NCBI GenBank assembly: GCA_021825585.1
Contig: JAKAGT010000014.1
Coordinates: 23,129 to 87,128 of the forward strand
Direction: 5' to 3'
DNA length: 64,000 nt
DNA from: Bacteroidota bacterium
GTDB taxonomy: Bacteria > Bacteroidota > Ignavibacteria > Kryptoniales > JAKASW01
This document shows, in pieces, positions 58,901 through 64,000 of this stretch. The position numbers and the translations under genes are program-made. The notes under the pieces were generated by a model that was given only the letters and a program-made list of their open reading frames with translations, had not been told where the DNA came from and did no database searches. Positions within the stretch are counted from its first letter, which is position 1, and each line of letters opens with the position of its first letter.

Positions 58901-59414
58901 CCGGAGTCTTATGCGTGACGCGATGAGCAGGCTCATAAATTCCTACGAGTCGGTGGGGATGTATGATGGAGCTTTGGAAGTGGACAGGAAGTTCATCGCG
59001 ATGTTTCCCGAGGATCCTTCCATCATGGACAAGAAGATACAGGTCGGGATTCTTTACGAAGAGATGAATTATTTGGACCAGGCGCTGCTCACGTTCCAGG
59101 ATCTGGTGAAACAGGTAAGCCGCGATCATCAGGCGGAGCTCCATTACTATATCGGGGCCATATATGACGACAAGGGAGATTACGCGAACGCAATCCTCGA
59201 ATTCCTGAAAGTCCCGTATCTCGTTACGCCTAACCCGGCTGTCGATTGGGCAGCTCAGGCTTACTACATGGCTGGAAAGTGCTACGAGAAGCTGAACAAG
59301 CCTAATGAGGCCATTGCAATGTATGAGAAAATTGTCCACAAGCCCAACACGGACGCTACTTTCATAGCCGGAGCCGAACGAGAGATAAACAGAGTAAAGG
59401 CATTGTTGAAATAA
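55902..59414 (+). CDS. Large secreted tetratricopeptide-repeat protein
   Basis: 1170 aa with a signal peptide (..LSPALLAQEG). TPR-like A/Y/L-patterned helical repeats recur throughout. Confidence 0.75.
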   Translation: MFRRILLIVGIMLALSPALLAQEGQASSDLQFGMELYKNKMYDLAEEQFSKFLQQYPASPSASQARYYLAMSQLEEKKFSSAATNFQAFAVQYPNDPLAPTAWINAGEAFAKADQYSNAGLAYERLRVFYPQDAHAPGALLKAARYFELSGDTTRAENSLLIVVNDYSSTSSYFQATLQLGNLYFGSGQLLKAENQYKSLLTSGSDSVRVMGLLALGKLNKMRGMTRQAEGYLDDAAQLNIAPQSLDALLESIEIDLEAGDFSRALQRAGQIDTSSLTGGQVERLEYERAYSQIGLGNTAGYENRLDRLRKLPAGYRIRLAGLLGTRAMYTDGVSLLRNLPSDYLTDETLTLYAELAFNAGRMNLADSLLSLSMERSKSPKARVVVQLLNIESVYLKNPELVRRTFSRYQGDLKDRPDAFLYYEAQYEANNGNYRDALRDLNEILEKYPWSDYAAASDSLSNYMSNFKDVDYKAAIVTLADIIYSQSSTSGNKVDALMHLGNLFRSELKDYGRAAEIYREVASIAAGDTGRIAEFLLAETLEKTSGAEIGENSPSYSIYQKLASGLSNDSISERSLYQVVRLQDDSGDSVSAESSALGFLKRFPNSTYVPEVYYILARTLYNSGAYHEAIAQAALAGAMPGAQLIMARAEIGLDSLSDAQSTLQGLFSSQPPEKYLIEGQLLYARLLAEMNLDAGQAYFQLLGEIGPSRYKNDIAAKFADYLYTTGRFDSAYSVYASIGADQLWHTSDPAIVYRMAYCKLKAGNLKRAEDLFQEVATNSGDSSRVADSYYQLGKIYASLGDKRMSASFYEKAGSGDLKGLLDAAETYFRSLDYADAKRVYQQILNATSVDTLKAYSAARLIDINYLTNNVKDADLAAANFRKNYPDAGDRYVARFLVDKAEYLIRMKSYAEARRILDKVKGDYDNTPSYPAALLDEAKILVEVGDLAKAQQKLEELIKKYPVSPVAPEAHLQLGNIFYAHQKYQDAIDNFRAIYLDSLADRSLMRDAMSRLINSYESVGMYDGALEVDRKFIAMFPEDPSIMDKKIQVGILYEEMNYLDQALLTFQDLVKQVSRDHQAELHYYIGAIYDDKGDYANAILEFLKVPYLVTPNPAVDWAAQAYYMAGKCYEKLNKPNEAIAMYEKIVHKPNTDATFIAGAEREINRVKALLK

Positions 59415-60673
59415 TGTTTGAAAAAGAGATTTCCAGCTACGCGTTCAACATCACCAGGCGTTATACAGGCGACCGTGTCTCACTCAGCTCTCTGATGACG
59501 GATGTTGAACTTCCCGATAGCTTCAGGATGTTCGCTGAGGCCGAGGTGAAAGAGATTATCGACAAGGAGGACCTGGAAAAGAGCAAGACGGGGAAGTTTG
59601 ACTTTTCCAGACCGGAGATCAAGAGCCTGTTGAAGGAGATCCGGCATGTCCTCAAGAACTCGTTTGAGTTTTCGAGGGAAGAGTTTCTTGAGATGACAGA
59701 CAGGGCCACGAAGTTCATTTTCAATTATGTTATCCGGCCGAGATGGACCCTCGAGAAATTCCTCTTCAAAGGCGAAACGGAGGTCAACAAGGAAAACATC
59801 GAGAAAGCATCTCGATTCCTCGCCGATTATCCCTATTATCCGAAGGGGATACTCGAATACCTGGACTTCAACAAGAGGGAACTGCTCGATGTGGAGTCCT
59901 GGAAACAGCTCCACGCAAAGATTGACGAGCATCTCTTGAGCGCCCTGCCGTCAAAGGCCCCGAGTCTCACTTCCGCGATTTTTGATCTGTTCGCGTTTTC
60001 GATCGGCGGGGACAGGGTTCCCACCGACGCTCTCATACTCTACTTCCGGGATAAATCGGCCCCGGAAGCAGTCGACAGGCTCGAATTTGCGAAGGAACTT
60101 AAGAATATCCAGTCCCTCGACAGGGCTACGCTCTCCTTGATACTGGAGGCAACTTCCAGGGATGTGGACCAGAAGATAGCCGTTCTCAAGACACCGGAGG
60201 AGCCGCCTAAAGAATTCCGCACGTTCGAAAGACAGACGGTGACCAATCCTTTCACACCGCATGAAGTAGAAGTCCCCGGCATTAAGGATGAAGTCGAAGA
60301 AAAGGAAAGCGTCCCGCAGCCGGTTCAAGTCGAACGTGCAAAGGCGGAGGCGAAGCCGATGGATAAGCAGCTGTCGGAGACTGCCGAACCCGCCCCTAAA
60401 GAGCCCAAGAGCACGGCTCCTTCGATAAGAACCATTATGTCGGAAAAACTGGAGAGCAAGATAGTCAAAAAGATCTTTCACGGGAGCAGATCAGGATATC
60501 AGATTGCGATACATAAGCTCGACGAAAGCCCCAGCTGGGAAAAGGCCTCTAAGATTCTGGAAGGAATTTTTATCGACAACGAAGTCGACCCGTTTTCAAA
60601 ATATGCTGTCGCACTTACGGATGTTGTCAGCGCCAAATTTCGACCTGCCGGTGGAACAAGGATTAGGCTTTAA
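59414..60673 (+). CDS. Hypothetical protein (no domain recognised)
   Basis: 419 aa. TAATG overlap with the TPR gene. Helical N-terminal half, an acidic/Pro-rich linker, and a small C-terminal domain. Confidence 0.55.
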   Translation: MFEKEISSYAFNITRRYTGDRVSLSSLMTDVELPDSFRMFAEAEVKEIIDKEDLEKSKTGKFDFSRPEIKSLLKEIRHVLKNSFEFSREEFLEMTDRATKFIFNYVIRPRWTLEKFLFKGETEVNKENIEKASRFLADYPYYPKGILEYLDFNKRELLDVESWKQLHAKIDEHLLSALPSKAPSLTSAIFDLFAFSIGGDRVPTDALILYFRDKSAPEAVDRLEFAKELKNIQSLDRATLSLILEATSRDVDQKIAVLKTPEEPPKEFRTFERQTVTNPFTPHEVEVPGIKDEVEEKESVPQPVQVERAKAEAKPMDKQLSETAEPAPKEPKSTAPSIRTIMSEKLESKIVKKIFHGSRSGYQIAIHKLDESPSWEKASKILEGIFIDNEVDPFSKYAVALTDVVSAKFRPAGGTRIRL

Positions 60674-60808
60674 GTGTACAAACATAGGGCAGTTGAGGAA
60701 ATCGATGGAGCCACGGAGGGCAGCGTGACGCGAGTTGGACGGGTTATTGTTCAACCCATCGCGGTTTCGACGACGGGGAACAAAACAGTCAGGCAGTCGA
60801 TTTAGAAG

Positions 60809-61795
60809 ATGGCACACTTCGTCGACGAGGCGGTAATTCACGTCAAGGCCGGTGACGGCGGGAATGGATGTGTGAGTTTCAGAAGGGAGAAGTTCGTCCC
60901 GCGGGGTGGACCCGACGGCGGAAATGGCGGGAGAGGCGGAAACGTAATCCTCTTTGGAGACAAGAGCCTGACAACTCTTCTGGATTTTCACTACCGTGCC
61001 TCATTCAAAGCGGCAAGGGGCCAGCACGGCCAGGGTTCAAACAAGTTCGGGAAGGGGGCTGATGACGTGGTAATTAAGCTCCCCGTCGGCACCGTCGTCA
61101 GGGACGCTGAATCAGAAGAGCTAATAGTGGATATAATCGAGGACTCGCAGGAATTCGTAATCGCGAGGGGCGGAAGAGGTGGAAGAGGAAACGCGGAATT
61201 TGCGACATCCACCGACCGCGCGCCGAGAAGGGCGGACCCTGGCGGACTCGGAGAAGAGAGGACGCTGAAACTCGAATTGAAACTTCTGGCAGACATCGGC
61301 CTGGTTGGATTTCCCAATGCCGGAAAGTCGACGTTACTGTCGGTGATTTCCGCGGCCAAACCGAAGATTGCCGATTACCCTTTTACGACTCTTTCCCCCA
61401 TTCTCGGGATTGCCAAATTCGGTGATAAATCCTTTGTTGTGGCGGATATGCCGGGCCTGATCGAAGGGGCGAGTCACGGGAAGGGGCTTGGAATCTCTTT
61501 CTTGAGACACATTGAACGCACGAAGGCCATCGCCGTTCTTATTGAGTCTACTTCCTCCGATCCGGCGTCAGACTTCGAAAAGCTTATGGACGAATTGCAG
61601 ACCTACAGCGACGATTTGCAAGGGAAAGTCAGGATGGTTGTATTCACCAAGACCGATCTGCTCGAACGATCTAAGATGCCGGAATTGAAGCGTTTAGAAA
61701 TTCCGCGCAAGTTCAAAAAGCACTTTATCAGCGCCGTCACGGGAAACGGAATAGAAGAACTCCTTGGGCTGTTCGCGGCTTCGCTGAAGAAATAA
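60809..61795 (+). CDS. obg: GTPase Obg/CgtA
   Basis: MAHFVDEAVIHVKAGDGGNGCVSFRREKF, a glycine-rich Obg fold, and G1 GFPNAGKST. Confidence 0.95.
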   Translation: MAHFVDEAVIHVKAGDGGNGCVSFRREKFVPRGGPDGGNGGRGGNVILFGDKSLTTLLDFHYRASFKAARGQHGQGSNKFGKGADDVVIKLPVGTVVRDAESEELIVDIIEDSQEFVIARGGRGGRGNAEFATSTDRAPRRADPGGLGEERTLKLELKLLADIGLVGFPNAGKSTLLSVISAAKPKIADYPFTTLSPILGIAKFGDKSFVVADMPGLIEGASHGKGLGISFLRHIERTKAIAVLIESTSSDPASDFEKLMDELQTYSDDLQGKVRMVVFTKTDLLERSKMPELKRLEIPRKFKKHFISAVTGNGIEELLGLFAASLKK

Positions 61796-62052
61796 AGAGC
61801 CGTCCCATCAATTGTTCCACCGTGAAATCGCCGCTGTCCACGGGGATCAAACCACACTTCTTTAATTAAATTCTAGCCTCCTTGATTTTTGGGGGCATCG
61901 CCGGTATCTTTTGCTGTCAGGATGCTCGGGTTGCGTGGGAGTCAAGGCGGGCTCAGTAGACATCTTCCGATCATAACGACGTGAGCCGGTTCGACCCACT
62001 CGTCTTAAACCGATCGAACGCCCCAATGTGATTCCATCCTCGCTGCAAATCG

Positions 62053-63876
62053 ATGCAGTGCGAAAGCACCTATAATCAAAAGAGTTCGGATGATATGAGA
62101 GTCGGTTTGCCATTCGCGACATTCATGCTTTCCATTAACGGGGAGACTTCTGCCGAAGGCGGTAAAGCGGAGATAGCGGGTTCAGATGAGAGCGGACGCG
62201 TCTCACGTCTGGAATCGACGTTAGGGAGAGTCAATCAGGCGCTGGTGAGGCTCCGGTCAAGGGAAGAAATGCTCGAACGTGTCTGCGACGCGATGGTGGA
62301 GTATGGCGGGTATATAATTTCCTGGATGGGTTGGCTGAATCCGAGGACGCACATCGTTGTCCCCGCTGTATTTTCAGGTCAAGTTGCGGAAGAGTATCTA
62401 AGCGCCATGAGAATCACAGTTGATGAAGATGCCCTTGGGAAGGGACCCACCGGCTCAGCGCTCCGCGAGGGTAAGACTTTTGTGTGCAACGATTTTCAAT
62501 CTGATGAACGGACAAGACCCTGGTGGGATGCGGGTAAAGTTGCGGGTATTCGGTCGTCGGCAGCTTTCCCGTTTCGAAGCAAGGGTGTAGTTTGCGGAAC
62601 CCTGAACGTTTATTCGAACGAGCCAAAGGTGTTCGGAGAGAAAGAGGTGTCAATTCTGGAAGAGATAGCAGTGGACATCTCGGTTGCGCTTGATCGGATA
62701 GACGAGGAGATGCTCAGGGCACAATCGGTCAAGACCCACGCGGAGGGGGAGGAGAGGTTTCGCGGATTCGCAGAAGCTGCAGAACAGGTTTTCTGGATAT
62801 CGAGCCTTCATCCGGAGTTGATTCTGTATGTCAATCCGGCGTTTGAGCGACTGTGGGGGAGGCCGGTTTCCGACCTCTATCGCAATCCGAGAATCTGGAC
62901 CGACTCCATCTATATCGATGATCGGGCAAGAGTCACAGAAGGATACTCGAATTGGACACTTGGCATTCCTGGTTCCAGATATGATGTCGAGTACAGACTT
63001 GTCAAACCCGACGGTGATATCCGATGGATTGCCGATCATGGATTTGTCCTTCGCTCGGAAGGAAACAGGATCCTCCAGGTCGGTGGAATAGCCGAGGATA
63101 TAACGGACCGCAAGGAAGCTTTAGCTAAACTGCAGAGATCCGAGAAGCGGTATCGCCAAGCGCTGGACAATATGATGGAAGGATGCATGATCATCGGCTT
63201 TGACTGGACCTATCTATACGTCAACGACGCCGCGGCCAGACATGGCCGTCAGAGTAAAGAGAAGCTTATCGGACATACAATGATGGAAATGTACCCGGGA
63301 GTCGAAGAAAGCGAAGTATTTGCCAGGTACCGGGACTGCATGCTGGAGTCCATTCCGCAGAAATTCGAGTCAAAGTTCGTGTTTCTCGACGGAACGACAA
63401 ACTGGTACGAGTTCATTGTGAACCCCGTTCCGGAAGGTATTTTCGTGTTGAGTCTCGACATAACTGATCGGAAGCGAGTGTTGGAGGCGTTGATGGAAAG
63501 TGAAGAAACATTGAGGGAGGCGCAGAGTCTTGCCCGTCTGGGCAACTGGAGGTTCGACCTGCTGACCAACAAGTTCACCTGTTCAGACGAGCTGCTTCGG
63601 ATTCTCGAGCTTTCGCCGGATGAGTTTGGCGATACCTTCGAAGAATTCCTGTGTATGATCCATATCGACGATCGCGCCTATGTGGTAAGTGTTTATAAGA
63701 AGTCAATTGAAGATAGAGTTTCAACTCACGTTTCGCATCGTGTCTTGCTTAGGAACGGAAGCATCAAATCAGTAGTGCAACAGTTCACCACTTTTTACGA
63801 CAGCAGCGGACGTCCTGTCCGCTCGGTCGGAACTGTGCAAGATGTCACTAGTCGAGAAGGGACATGGGAGAGGTAG
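62053..63876 (+). CDS. GAF plus multi-PAS sensor protein without a recognisable output domain
   Basis: 607 aa with an N-terminal GAF-like region and at least three PAS/PAC units ending in DITDRK / DITDRK / DVTSRE boundary motifs. The N-terminus is uncertain. Confidence 0.75.
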   Translation: MQCESTYNQKSSDDMRVGLPFATFMLSINGETSAEGGKAEIAGSDESGRVSRLESTLGRVNQALVRLRSREEMLERVCDAMVEYGGYIISWMGWLNPRTHIVVPAVFSGQVAEEYLSAMRITVDEDALGKGPTGSALREGKTFVCNDFQSDERTRPWWDAGKVAGIRSSAAFPFRSKGVVCGTLNVYSNEPKVFGEKEVSILEEIAVDISVALDRIDEEMLRAQSVKTHAEGEERFRGFAEAAEQVFWISSLHPELILYVNPAFERLWGRPVSDLYRNPRIWTDSIYIDDRARVTEGYSNWTLGIPGSRYDVEYRLVKPDGDIRWIADHGFVLRSEGNRILQVGGIAEDITDRKEALAKLQRSEKRYRQALDNMMEGCMIIGFDWTYLYVNDAAARHGRQSKEKLIGHTMMEMYPGVEESEVFARYRDCMLESIPQKFESKFVFLDGTTNWYEFIVNPVPEGIFVLSLDITDRKRVLEALMESEETLREAQSLARLGNWRFDLLTNKFTCSDELLRILELSPDEFGDTFEEFLCMIHIDDRAYVVSVYKKSIEDRVSTHVSHRVLLRNGSIKSVVQQFTTFYDSSGRPVRSVGTVQDVTSREGTWER

Positions 63877-63877
63877 C

Positions 63878-64000
63878 ATGGGAATACTCAAACTGCTTGC
63901 GGAGGATTCTCGAATGTCCGGTACGGCCGGATGGTCAGGCACGACCTACTTGAGGGTCAAGCTTTTTATCGGTTTTGGGCTGATAATTGCCGTCTTGATT
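63878..64000 (+). CDS. 5' end of a CDS running off the right edge (membrane-anchored, possibly the signalling partner)
   Basis: ATG 1 nt after the upstream TAG. 41 codons are open to the window edge and end in a hydrophobic helix (LFIGFGLIIAVLI). Confidence 0.4.
   Translation, partial: MGILKLLAEDSRMSGTAGWSGTTYLRVKLFIGFGLIIAVLI

Noticed and set aside
61862-62122. An 86-aa minus-strand ORF lies between obg and the GAF/PAS gene.
   Set aside because: It has no Shine-Dalgarno, an Arg/Ser-rich composition atypical of this genome's proteins, and it overlaps the likely start region of the sensor gene.

Overview
This is a dense, mostly housekeeping chromosomal segment with about 55 convincing genes. 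I saw no transposase, integrase, phage genes or CRISPR array. Gene content and local synteny (tilS-hpt-ftsH, folP-cdaA, small GIY-YIG ORFs beside tRNAs) suggest an FCB-group bacterium, Ignavibacteria/Chlorobi-like. That placement is inference only. Genes use Shine-Dalgarno sites, and the tRNA-Gly promoter is sigma70-like. Left to right the window holds: nuoJKLMN, rpsU, folP-cdaA-GT2-pcm-miaA, a LOG-like gene, a LysM lytic transglycosylase, a methylmalonyl-CoA mutase catalytic subunit coupled to a membrane protein, dxr-rseP, ruvB, two DNA-alkylation repair genes, ftsH-hpt-tilS, sucAB, carB, an Omp85 protein, a UbiA prenyltransferase, an M1 aminopeptidase, phoB-phoR-phoU, three tRNAs, sdhCDAB, a 1170-aa TPR protein, obg and a GAF/PAS sensor. 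The most interesting signals are these. (1) A compact minus-strand operon at 42961-45792 encodes a cupredoxin, a beta-barrel protein with an N-terminal CxxCH, and a dihaem cytochrome c. This fills the same three roles as Cyc2/Cyc1/rusticyanin iron-oxidation modules. (2) A 2 x 309-bp tandem array of GIY-YIG ORFs sits next to tRNA-Pro; each ORF is fused to a tRNA-like 3' fragment. (3) carB is interrupted by a single in-frame TGA. (4) The miaA P-loop lies upstream of any canonical start codon. (5) A response regulator carries a very long charged coiled coil. All functional calls come from reading the translations and motifs by eye; no database search was run.
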